Shown piece by piece: positions 9,595 to 22,777 of a stretch of 64,000 nt of DNA. The DNA comes from Myxococcota bacterium (GTDB lineage Bacteria; Myxococcota_A; UBA9160; UBA6930). The stretch covers positions 69,909 through 133,908 of the forward strand of contig JANQFK010000022.1 of NCBI GenBank assembly GCA_028277885.1. Reading direction: 5' to 3'. The position numbers were made by a program, and so were the translations under genes. The number at the start of each line of letters is the position of its first letter. The first letter of the stretch is position 1. A model generated the notes under the pieces. The model did no database searches, was not told the origin of the DNA, and was given only the letters and a program-made list of their open reading frames with translations.

Positions 9595-9665
9595 ACGGGA
9601 TTTGTGGAAATCCTGCGGATCCGGAAACCCCCTGATTTCCAAGCGCTTGCGGGGGCATGTCAAAC
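9587..9665. promoter_or_regulatory. Direct-repeat / inverted-repeat / direct-repeat array in the miaB upstream region
   Basis: CATGTCAAAC occurs at 9587-9596 and 9656-9665. These flank GGAAATC (9606-9612) / GATTTCC (9634-9640), which contains the palindrome CGGATCCG (9616-9623). Confidence 0.4.
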
Positions 9666-9761
9666 CTCGTTTCTGAGCCCCTGCGCGCCCCCGGCGCTCT
9701 GGAGGGCGTCCCGGGCCTCCGGTAGGTTCTCGGCCGCTCGTCCCCTCGGAGGTCTCGCCTG

Positions 9762-11246
9762 GTGAGCAGCCGCTTCCGCATCCGGACCTACGGCTGCCAG
9801 ATGAACGTCCACGACTCCGAGAAGATCGCCAACCTCCTGCACCACCACCGCTGGAGCGAGGCCCGGGGGGAGGACGAGGCCGACCTCCTGGTGATCAACA
9901 CCTGCTCGATCCGGGAGAAGGCCGAGCACCGGCTCTACAGCGACCTGGGCGCGCTGCGGGCCTGGAAGCGGGCGGCGCCGGGGCGGGCGCTGGGGGTCGG
10001 GGGCTGCGTGGCCCAGCAGGAGGGCGACGCCCTGCTGCGCCGGTTTCCCCACCTCGACTTCGTGTTCGGCACCCACAACCTGCGCCGGGTGCCCGCCATG
10101 GTGGAGGCGGCCCGGGCGGGCCAGCGCAGCGCCCGGGTGGACGAGTCGCGCTCCCTCGAGCGCTTCGACTGGCCCGAGCGCCACCCGGCCACCTCCGAGC
10201 ACTCCCCGGGGCGCGCCTTCGTCACCGTGATGGAAGGCTGCGACATGTTCTGCACCTTCTGCGTGGTGCCGCTCACCCGGGGCCGGGAGATCAGCCGGCC
10301 GGCCCGGGACGTGATCGCCGAGGTGGAGGGCCTGGCGGCCCGGGGGGTCCGGGAGGTCACGCTCCTGGGCCAGACCGTGAACGCCTACGGGCGCCACGAC
10401 GTGCGGCGGGGCCGCGCCGCCGCGGCCGGCACCCTGGGCTTCGCCGAGCTGCTCGAGCGCCTGGCCGGCGTGCCGGGCATCGAGCGCATCCGCTACACGA
10501 GCCCCCACCCGCTGTTCTTCGACGACGCCCTGGTGGCGGCCCACGGCCGCCTCCCCGCGCTCTGCCCCCACGTCCACCTGCCGGCCCAGAGCGGCTCGGA
10601 CGAGGTCCTCGAGCGCATGCACCGCCGCTACCGCGCCGCCGACCTGGTGCGCATCGCCGAGGCGCTGCGCGCGGCGCGGCCGGACCTGGTCCTCACCACG
10701 GACCTCATCGTGGGCTTCCCCGGCGAGAGCGAGGCCGACTTCCGCGCCACCCTCGACCTGGTCGCCGAGATCGGCTTCGTGGACGCCTACTCGTTCAAGT
10801 ACAGCCCGCGTCCGGGCACCCGGGCCGCGGAGCTGCCCGGGGCCCCGGAGCCGGCCGTCGCCCAGGCGCGCCTCGAGGAGCTCCAGGGCCTCCAGCGCGG
10901 TCTCACCCTGGCAGCCCACCGGGCCCGGGTGGGGACCCGGACCCGGGTCCTCCTGGAGGGCCCGAGCCGCCGGGGCGGCACCCAGCTGACCGGCCGCGAC
11001 CCCTACCACCGGGTCGTCAACCTCGACGCCGCCGAGGCCGGCCTCGACCCGGAGCGCGCCGCGGGCGTGCTGCTGGAGGTGGAGATCGTGGAGGCGACGC
11101 CCCACTCGCTGATCGGGGCCCCCCGGGTGACCGCGGGGCTGCGGACGGGCCCCGGGCAGGCCAAGTTCCGCAAAAGTCCGAGCGGTCCCGGGCCGATGAG
11201 AACCGTGGCTGCGCGCTCGGGGGTGCGCATGCCCGGGATCGACTGA
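9762..11246 (+). CDS. miaB: tRNA-i6A37 methylthiotransferase MiaB (radical SAM) with short C-terminal extension
   Basis: GTG start. The N-terminus reads RIRTYGCQMNVHDSE. The radical-SAM motif CDMFCTFC is present and the TRAM-like end reads VEIVEATPHSLIG. Confidence 0.9.
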   Translation: MSSRFRIRTYGCQMNVHDSEKIANLLHHHRWSEARGEDEADLLVINTCSIREKAEHRLYSDLGALRAWKRAAPGRALGVGGCVAQQEGDALLRRFPHLDFVFGTHNLRRVPAMVEAARAGQRSARVDESRSLERFDWPERHPATSEHSPGRAFVTVMEGCDMFCTFCVVPLTRGREISRPARDVIAEVEGLAARGVREVTLLGQTVNAYGRHDVRRGRAAAAGTLGFAELLERLAGVPGIERIRYTSPHPLFFDDALVAAHGRLPALCPHVHLPAQSGSDEVLERMHRRYRAADLVRIAEALRAARPDLVLTTDLIVGFPGESEADFRATLDLVAEIGFVDAYSFKYSPRPGTRAAELPGAPEPAVAQARLEELQGLQRGLTLAAHRARVGTRTRVLLEGPSRRGGTQLTGRDPYHRVVNLDAAEAGLDPERAAGVLLEVEIVEATPHSLIGAPRVTAGLRTGPGQAKFRKSPSGPGPMRTVAARSGVRMPGID

Positions 11247-11267
11247 GCCTGCCCGGAGGGGGAGCGG

Positions 11268-13112
11268 ATGTCGCGCACGCGGATCCTGGCCATCGACGAC
11301 CAGCTCTACTTCCGTGTCTACCTCGAGGACCTGCTCGACCAGGAGGGCTACGAGGTCACCACGGTGAGCAGCGTCGACGAGGCCCTCGCCCAGGCCGAGC
11401 GCGGCTCCTTCGACGTCATCCTCACCGACCTCGCCATGCCGGGCGCCGACGGCGCGGAGCTGGTGCGCCGGCTGCGCGAGCGGGCCTCGGAGCCCGCCAT
11501 CGTGGTGCTGACCGGGGTGGGGGACGTCCACGTGGCCGTGGAGGCCATGAAGGTCGGCGCCACCGACTACCTGCTCAAGCCCATCGACCGCGCGGTCCTG
11601 GCCCACACCCTCGACGAGCTGCTCCAGCAGCGCCAGATGCGCGAGGAGCACGCCTCGCTGCTCGAGGAGAACCTCGAGTTCATGGGCGCGGTGTCGCTCT
11701 ACGAGCGCGCCCTCGCCCTGTTCTCGGTGCTGAACCCCGAGACCCTGGCCGACCGCGTCGTGGAGGGCCTCTGCCTCGAGACCCACGCCCACGGCGGCGT
11801 CCTCTGGCTGGCGCGCACCGACGACCCCCAGCGCCTCAAGCTCACCGGGGCCCGGGGCCTGGTGCGGGTGGAGCAGGAGACCGAGGAGCTCGCCCTCGAC
11901 GCCCTGCCCGAGGCGCTGGCGCCCCTCCGAGACCCCGAGGGCGGCCCCTTCGAGGCCGACGTGCCCGACGCGGGCGGCGAGGGCCGGGCCCTCTACGTGC
12001 CCCTGCGCCTCGAGGGACGCCTGCTCGGCTGCGCGCGGCTCACCGACAAGGTGGACGGCGAGGCCTTCGACGAGCTCGACCACGCCGCCGCCGGGAAGTT
12101 CGCCGGCTTCGCGGCCCGCGCCGTCTTCAACGCGCTGGAGATGCGCGCCCTCGAGCGGCGCTCCTTCCGGGACCCGGTCACCAAGACCTACACGCGCGCC
12201 TACTTCGACGACGTGGCGCGCAACGAGCTGCAGAAGGCCAGCCGCTTCGGCCGGCTGTTCTCCTTCCTGGCCGTCGAGCTGGACGGCGCCTCGCGGCTGC
12301 GCGGCAAGCTCTCCGACGCCGAGATGGCTCACTGGCTCGAGGGGCTGGCCTTCCAGATCGGGCGCTGCCTGCGGGCCACGGACCTGCTGGCCGCCGAGTC
12401 CGAGAGCCGCTTCTGCATGCTGCTGCCCGAGACCGACGCCCTCGGCGCCGCGATCCTGAAGCGGCGGGTGCGCGCGACCCTCGAGCGCTCGGAGGGGCTC
12501 CAGAACCTCGACCCCGCGGACCGCCCCGCCGTGGGGGTGGCGTCGGCGACCCATCCGGCGGACGGCACCGAGCTCGACGAGGTGTGGCGGGCCCTCACCC
12601 TGCGGCTCGCCCAGGACCGCGGCAGCGCGCTGCGCTCCCTCGAGCTCGGCTCGGCGAGCTTCCAGGCCTGTCTCGAGACGCTGCTGGGCGAGGCCCGGGC
12701 CGGGCGCGCCGAGACCGTCGAGCAGGTGACGCGGTTCCTGCTCGCCGAGATCGCCCGCCGTCCCCACGAGCGCGGCGTGTTCTTCGTGGCCCCGGGCCCG
12801 AGCCTCCAGGGCGCCCTGCGCGACGGGCTCGACGCGTTGCGCGGCCTCGAGCCCCGCACCGAGATCGTGGTGCTCGACGAGCACAAGGACGCCACCTACC
12901 CCGGGCTGCCCATCACCTGGGTGGAGCCGGGGCGGGCCGGGGATCCGCCGCCCTTCGTGGTGCGCTTCGGGGAGGGGGCCCCCTACGCGCTGGTGCGCGA
13001 CGCCGGCGCCGACGGCGACGAGACCGCGATCTACCACACGAGCGACCGCGCGCTGGTGGAGCAGCTCGCGTTCCAGCTGGGGAGCGATCTCGGCATCCCC
13101 ATGGGCGAGTAG
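11268..13112 (+). CDS. Response regulator: REC - GAF-like - degenerate GGDEF domain - unknown C-terminal domain
   Basis: The REC domain has ILTDLAMPG and DYLLKP. The GGDEF-fold region (DPVTKTYTRAYF...) carries SESRF (12399-12413) where GGDEF/GGEEF is expected. Confidence 0.8.
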   Translation: MSRTRILAIDDQLYFRVYLEDLLDQEGYEVTTVSSVDEALAQAERGSFDVILTDLAMPGADGAELVRRLRERASEPAIVVLTGVGDVHVAVEAMKVGATDYLLKPIDRAVLAHTLDELLQQRQMREEHASLLEENLEFMGAVSLYERALALFSVLNPETLADRVVEGLCLETHAHGGVLWLARTDDPQRLKLTGARGLVRVEQETEELALDALPEALAPLRDPEGGPFEADVPDAGGEGRALYVPLRLEGRLLGCARLTDKVDGEAFDELDHAAAGKFAGFAARAVFNALEMRALERRSFRDPVTKTYTRAYFDDVARNELQKASRFGRLFSFLAVELDGASRLRGKLSDAEMAHWLEGLAFQIGRCLRATDLLAAESESRFCMLLPETDALGAAILKRRVRATLERSEGLQNLDPADRPAVGVASATHPADGTELDEVWRALTLRLAQDRGSALRSLELGSASFQACLETLLGEARAGRAETVEQVTRFLLAEIARRPHERGVFFVAPGPSLQGALRDGLDALRGLEPRTEIVVLDEHKDATYPGLPITWVEPGRAGDPPPFVVRFGEGAPYALVRDAGADGDETAIYHTSDRALVEQLAFQLGSDLGIPMGE

Positions 13113-13145
13113 GATGGAGCGCATGCGAAGCGGGGAGGGGGGCGC

Positions 13146-14696
13146 GTGAGCGGCGCGGTGCTGATCGCCGACGGCAGCCGGAGCCGGGCACGCCAGGTGC
13201 GCGAGGCGTGCAGCGCCCGCGGCTTCGCCACCACCTGGGTGCCCAACGGCTCCGCGGCCCTGGAGTCCGCGCTCTCCGAGGTGCCCGCGGTGGTGGTGGC
13301 GCCGGTGGACCTGGAGGTGATCCCCGGCGGCAAGCTGGCCGAGATCCTGCGCGCCAACCCGCGCACCCAGGACGTGCGCTTCCTGCTGATCGGGCGGCTC
13401 CAGCCCGGCGCCCCCGAGGCCGCCCACGTGGACGAGGTGCTGCCGCCGGGCACGGACCCGGACCAGGTCTCGCTGCGCGTGGAGGTGATGATCGCCCAGC
13501 GGGCCCGGCTCGAGAGCGCCTGGCGCCACGCCGACGGCGATCACGAGGTGCAGGGCCGGCTGGCCCAGATCCCGCTGGTGGACCTGCTCCAGCTGTTCCA
13601 CATGAACCGCCGCACCGGCACCATCGAGGTGACGCGCCGCGAGCCCGGCGGCCGGGAGGAGCGCGGCAGCCTGTGGGTGCGCGACGGCAACCTGGTGCAG
13701 GCCGCCATGGGGAGCGTCGAGGGCGAGAAGGCGCTGTTCCGGCTGCTGGCCTGGCAGGAGGGCTCCTTCGCCTTCACGCCGGGCCCCGTCGCCATCGCGC
13801 CGCGCATCCTCACCCCCACCCGCGCGCTGCTGATGGAGGGCATGCGCCAGCTCGACGAGTGGGACCGCATGCGCTCGAGCCTGCCGCCCCTCGACTCCCA
13901 GGTGGCCCTCAAGGTGCGCAGCGGCGAGCTCCCCAACGTGGTGCATCCGCTCACCCAGGAGATCCTGCTGCTGCTCGAGATCCACAGCACCGTGCGCGAC
14001 GTGGTGGACCACTGCTCCCACCCGGACTACCAGGTGCTGCGCACGCTCCAGACCCTGATCGAGCGCGACGTGGTGGAGCTGCGCAAGGGCAGCCCGGCGC
14101 CCCAGCGCCGCGGCAGCGACGGCCTGTTCTCCCCGGCCCAGATCCGCCGCCTGCGCGACTGGCTCCAGCGGGGGCGGCCGCGGGGCGAGGACGTGTGCGA
14201 GGCGAAGCTGCTGGTCGCCGCCGCCGATCCCGCCGCGACCCGCGACTTCGCGCGCCAGCTCGCCGTGCTACCGGGCCTCGAGCTCGAGGAGCCCTTCCGG
14301 GGCGGCACCGCCCGGCCCGACGACCTGGTGCCCGTGGGCCGCCTGGCCGTGGACGCGGAGCACAGCCTCCAGCTCCTCCACGTGCCCTCGGATCCCGACT
14401 TCGCGCCGCTCTGGCCCGTCGCGGCCCACGGCGCCCTGGGCGTCCTGATCCTGCTCTCGGACCCGGTGGACGCCTCGGAGCAGGCGCTGCGCCCGCTGGT
14501 CGAGACCCTGCGCGGGCTGCCCGGCACGCGGCTCTTCCACGTGATGCTGCTGCGCAAGGAGGAGCGCCTCGGCGCCGAGGACATCCACGCCAAGATGTCG
14601 CTCCTCGACGACTCCTCGCTGTTCCTGCTGCCCCTCGAGGGTGGCAAGGACCCGGTGGCGCTGCTGCGCACCATGCTGGGACGGGTGGTGCCGTGA
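13146..14696 (+). CDS. REC-like - DUF4388/PATAN - C-terminal Ras-like pseudo-GTPase-like domain protein
   Basis: GTG start. The DUF4388 signature is GRLAQIPLVDLLQLFHMNRRTGTIEV...GNLVQAAMGSVEGEKALFRLLAW. The C-terminus has MglA-like strand order but no P-loop (KLLVAAADPAATR). Confidence 0.7.
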   Translation: MSGAVLIADGSRSRARQVREACSARGFATTWVPNGSAALESALSEVPAVVVAPVDLEVIPGGKLAEILRANPRTQDVRFLLIGRLQPGAPEAAHVDEVLPPGTDPDQVSLRVEVMIAQRARLESAWRHADGDHEVQGRLAQIPLVDLLQLFHMNRRTGTIEVTRREPGGREERGSLWVRDGNLVQAAMGSVEGEKALFRLLAWQEGSFAFTPGPVAIAPRILTPTRALLMEGMRQLDEWDRMRSSLPPLDSQVALKVRSGELPNVVHPLTQEILLLLEIHSTVRDVVDHCSHPDYQVLRTLQTLIERDVVELRKGSPAPQRRGSDGLFSPAQIRRLRDWLQRGRPRGEDVCEAKLLVAAADPAATRDFARQLAVLPGLELEEPFRGGTARPDDLVPVGRLAVDAEHSLQLLHVPSDPDFAPLWPVAAHGALGVLILLSDPVDASEQALRPLVETLRGLPGTRLFHVMLLRKEERLGAEDIHAKMSLLDDSSLFLLPLEGGKDPVALLRTMLGRVVP

Positions 14697-15139
14697 GCGG
14701 GCAGCGGCTCAAGCGCTACGAGATCCTCTCCTCCCTCGGCGAGGAGGAGAAGGAGGTGCTGGAAGGCCTCCTCGAGGAGATCGAGCTCGAGGCCGGCGAG
14801 CCGCTCTTCAAGGAGGGCCACGAGTCCGAGGGGCTGGTGCTGGTGGAGACCGGCGCGCTGCGCCTCGAGAGCGAGCGCGGCGAGCTGGCCGGGAAGGTCG
14901 GACCGGGAAGCGACCTCGGCGGCCTGTCCCTCATCGCCCTGGGCATGCGCGAGGTCACCGCGGTGGCGTCGGAGCCGACCCGCGTGCTCGTGCTGTCGCG
15001 CTCCGCCTTCCTGCGCCTCGCCGACGACGCGCCGCGGGCGGGCTGCCGGCTGCTGGAGGCCGTCCTCGCCGAGACCGCGGCGCTGCTGCGACCGCAGCTC
15101 GACCGTCTCGTGCCGTCGGAGGACACGGGTCCCGCTTGA
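14693..15139 (+). CDS. Small cyclic-nucleotide-binding (CAP_ED-like) domain protein
   Basis: GTG at 14693 overlaps the upstream stop (GTGA). The CAP effector-domain pattern is present (LFKEGHESEGLVLVETGALRL...). The phosphate-binding cassette is atypical (LGGLSL...REVTAVA). Confidence 0.7.
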   Translation: MSGQRLKRYEILSSLGEEEKEVLEGLLEEIELEAGEPLFKEGHESEGLVLVETGALRLESERGELAGKVGPGSDLGGLSLIALGMREVTAVASEPTRVLVLSRSAFLRLADDAPRAGCRLLEAVLAETAALLRPQLDRLVPSEDTGPA

Positions 15140-15164
15140 CCCTGCGAGGGGCCCGCTCTATTCT
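15136..15164 (+). promoter_or_regulatory. Candidate sigma-70-type promoter for guaB (TTGACC-N17-TATTCT)
   Basis: TTGACC at 15136-15141 overlaps the upstream stop codon. TATTCT lies at 15159-15164, about 100 nt upstream of the guaB ATG. Pattern match only. Confidence 0.4.
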
Positions 15165-15263
15165 CCGCCGTCAACACGGGGCCGGTGAGAGGGCGCTCCG
15201 TCCCCCGGGACGCCGCATCTCCAGGCTCCGCCTCCCGTCCTCACTGGAGTTCGCTCACCGACG

Positions 15264-16727
<1,464 letters not shown>

Positions 16728-16748
16728 CGCTCGCGAGCCGGAGACGGG

Positions 16749-18338
16749 ATGCCCCCCGACGCCCACCGCGACCGGATCCTGATCCTGGACTTCGGGTCGC
16801 AGTACACCCAGCTCATCGCACGACGCATCCGCGAGCGCGGCGTCTACTGCGAGATCCACCCGCCGCGCATGACCGTCGACGGCGAGGGGTTCGGGATGGA
16901 CGCCGCCGCGGTGAAGGACTGGAGCCCCGCCGGGCTGGTGCTGTCGGGCGGTCCCTCAAGCGTCCTCGACGCGGGGGCGCCGGGGCTCGACCCCGCGGTC
17001 CTCGAGCTGGGGCTCCCGACCCTCGCGATCTGCTACGGCCTCCAGCTCCTCGCCCACGACCTCGGCGGGCGGGTCGAGAGCGCCGAGGACCGGGAGTACG
17101 GCCGCGCGCGCCTGCGCGTCGAGCGCCGCGACCCGCTGCTGGGTGACGCCGGCGCCGAGAGCCACGTCTGGATGAGCCACGGCGACCGCGTGCTGGCGCT
17201 GCCCGAGGGCTTCGAGGTGGTGGCCACCAGCGACAACTCGCCCTTCGCGGGCGTGCGCCACCCCGGCCGGCGCATCTGGGGCCTGCAGTTCCATCCCGAG
17301 GTGGTCCACACCGAGGGCGGCGGCGAGATCCTGGCGCGCTTCGTCCACGAGGTGTGCGGCTGCGGCTCCTCCTGGACCATGGAGGCCTTCATCGACGAGG
17401 CCGTGGGCCGGGTGCGCGAGCAGGTGGGGGAGGGCCGCGCGATCTGCGGCCTCTCCGGCGGCGTGGACTCCTCGGTGGCCGCCGCCCTGGTGCACCGCGC
17501 CGTGGGCGAGCGGCTCACCTGTATCTTCGTGGACCACGGCCTGATGCGCGAGGGCGAGCGCGCCCAGGTCGAGAGCGAGTTCCGAGAGCACCTGGGCATC
17601 GAGCTGGTCTGCGTGGACGCCTCGGCGCGGTTCCTGGCCGCGCTGGCGGGCGTGACCGATCCCGAGCGCAAGCGGCGCATCATCGGCCACCTCTTCATCG
17701 AGGTCTTCGAGGAGGAGGCGCGGCGCATCGGCGCCGAGCGCGGCAGCGTGGACTTCCTGGTCCAGGGCACGCTCTACCCCGACGTCATCGAGAGCATCTC
17801 GGTGCGCGGCCCCTCGGCCACCATCAAGACCCACCACAACGTGGGGGGGCTGCCCGAGCGCATGCGCCTGCGCCTGGTGGAGCCGCTGCGGGAGCTCTTC
17901 AAGGACGAGGTGCGCGAGGTGGGGCGGCGCCTCGGCCTGCACGAGGTGCTGGTGGGGCGCCACCCGTTCCCGGGCCCGGGCCTCGCCATCCGCGTGATCG
18001 GCGAGGTGACGGCGGAGCGCCTCGCGATCCTGCGCCGGGCCGACGCCATCCTGATCGAGGAGATCCGGCGGGCGGGTCTCTACGACGCCATCTGGCAGGC
18101 CTTCGCGGTGTTCCTGCCCATCCAGAGCGTCGGGGTGATGGGCGACGAGCGCACCTACGAGGACGCCATCGCGCTGCGCTGCGTCACCTCGGTGGACGCC
18201 ATGACGGCGGACTGGTCGCGGCTGCCGCCGGAGGTGCTCGCGACGGTGTCGAGCCGCATCACCAACGAGGTGAAGGGCGTGAACCGGGTGGTGTACGACG
18301 TCTCGTCGAAGCCGCCGGCCACGATCGAGTGGGAGTAG
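16749..18338 (+). CDS. guaA: GMP synthase (glutamine-hydrolysing)
   Basis: The GATase region ([20 protein letters not shown]) and the ATP-PPase motif SGGVDSSV are present. The C-terminus ends ATIEWE. Confidence 0.95.
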   Translation: MPPDAHRDRILILDFGSQYTQLIARRIRERGVYCEIHPPRMTVDGEGFGMDAAAVKDWSPAGLVLSGGPSSVLDAGAPGLDPAVLELGLPTLAICYGLQLLAHDLGGRVESAEDREYGRARLRVERRDPLLGDAGAESHVWMSHGDRVLALPEGFEVVATSDNSPFAGVRHPGRRIWGLQFHPEVVHTEGGGEILARFVHEVCGCGSSWTMEAFIDEAVGRVREQVGEGRAICGLSGGVDSSVAAALVHRAVGERLTCIFVDHGLMREGERAQVESEFREHLGIELVCVDASARFLAALAGVTDPERKRRIIGHLFIEVFEEEARRIGAERGSVDFLVQGTLYPDVIESISVRGPSATIKTHHNVGGLPERMRLRLVEPLRELFKDEVREVGRRLGLHEVLVGRHPFPGPGLAIRVIGEVTAERLAILRRADAILIEEIRRAGLYDAIWQAFAVFLPIQSVGVMGDERTYEDAIALRCVTSVDAMTADWSRLPPEVLATVSSRITNEVKGVNRVVYDVSSKPPATIEWE

Positions 18339-18340
18339 GG

Positions 18341-21834
<3,494 letters not shown>

Positions 21835-21838
<4 letters not shown>

Positions 21839-22548
21839 GGCGGGGGCTCGTCGCCGCACTGGCCACCGGGCTCCTCGCCGGAGCCCTCGGCCCCGCGACC
21901 CCGGCGGCCGCCGAGGTGCGCCGCCTGGAGGTGGTGGGCGCCGCGCCGGCCGGGGCGGATGCCCCCCGCAACCGCCCACTGCGCGACGCCGCCCTCGACT
22001 CCGCCATCGCCGAGGGGGTCGAGCGGGTGGCCCGGGAGCTGCTCGGTGGCGCCGCCCCCGAGAGCCTCCGCGAAGGGCTGGGAGACCCCCGGGAGTACGC
22101 GGTCCGCTACCGGATCCTGGAGGACCGCGGCGAGCGCCGCGCCCTGCTGCTCCCGGTGCCGGTCGAGTACGTGGTGCTGGTGGAGGTCCACGTGGACGCG
22201 ACCCGGGTGCAGCGGCGGCTGGCCCGGGAGGGGCTGCTGGCGGGGGGTCCGGTGGAGCGCCGCCGCTTCCGGCTGCTCCTCGAGGAGGTGAGCTCCTACG
22301 GGCTCTACCAGCAGGTGCGGCAGGCGCTGGAGGCCTCCGGGGCCCGCCGGGCGGTCCCCCTCGAGATCCGGCCCGGCCGGATGCTGCTCGACGTGGAGGC
22401 CGACGCCGGACCCGAGCGCGTGATGGAGCGTCTGGTGGGCCGCGGCCGGGGGCTCGGCCTTGAGGTCCGGGTGCTCGAGATCGACCGCTCCGGGGCCCGG
22501 GTGCGCGCCTCCCGCAGGGCCGGCTTCGCCCCAGGGGGCGACCGCTAG
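21835..22548 (+). CDS. Hypothetical secreted protein, translationally coupled to dnaE
   Basis: GTG at 21835 overlaps the dnaE stop (GTGA). A signal-peptide-like N-terminus is present (VAALATGLLAGALGPATPAAA). Codons are GC3-rich. No recognised family. Confidence 0.55.
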
Positions 22549-22566
22549 CCCGGGCGCCCCGCCGGG

Positions 22567-22595
22567 TTGACGGGCGTACCCCAAATCAATATCAA
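22567..22595 (+). promoter_or_regulatory. Candidate sigma-70-type promoter for tRNA-Val (TTGACG-N17-TATCAA)
   Basis: TTGACG at 22567-22572, a 17-nt spacer, then TATCAA at 22590-22595, in a local AT-rich patch about 22 nt upstream of the tRNA. Confidence 0.45.
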
Positions 22596-22616
22596 TATCG
22601 GACCGTTAGCGGCCTC

Positions 22617-22692
22617 AGGCACGTAGCTCAGTGGCTAGAGCGCCGCCTTGACACGGCGGAGGTCGGCGGTTCGAGCCCGCCCGTGCCTACCA
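22617..22692 (+). tRNA. tRNA-Val (anticodon GAC), CCA encoded
   Basis: Folded by hand into a cloverleaf. Acceptor stem AGGCACG/CGTGCCT; anticodon stem CCGCC/GGCGG with loop TTGACAC; T arm GGCGG-TTCGAGC-CCGCC; 3' end ACCA. 76 nt. Confidence 0.9.
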
Positions 22693-22777
22693 TTCGCCGC
22701 TAACTCGCCGCCGAGCGGAGAGCGCTTCTCGCCAGAGCCCACCACCTCATGCCCGATCCCACCCACCAGCCCCGCAC

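Noticed and set aside
9647-9690. Plus-strand sigma-70 or sigma-54 promoter for miaB
   Set aside because: Several TTG-containing hexamers are present (TTGTGG, TTGCGG). None has an acceptable TAnnnT -10 at 16-18 nt or a GG-N10-GC register, so the miaB promoter remains unidentified.
9451-9765. 104-aa plus-strand ORF and 63-aa/71-aa minus-strand ORFs in the AT-rich spacer as protein genes
   Set aside because: They have no RBS, no family resemblance and no GC3 bias. They also run through the promoter and terminator elements, so an RNA or regulatory explanation fits better. A 9-codon micro-ORF (MERRWIRHF) within the candidate sRNA cannot be excluded.
9660-14021. 1453-aa minus-strand ORF antisense to miaB and the response-regulator genes. 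The same reasoning covers similar giant ORFs at 31439..37288(-), 31885..39036(+), 1412..3394(-), 6739..9276(-), 18155..21979(-) and 46489..50424(-)
   Set aside because: Their translations are low-complexity and match no family. They overlap genes with strong family signatures on the other strand or frame. 31885..39036(+) contains the real sulfatase only in its last ~560 codons.
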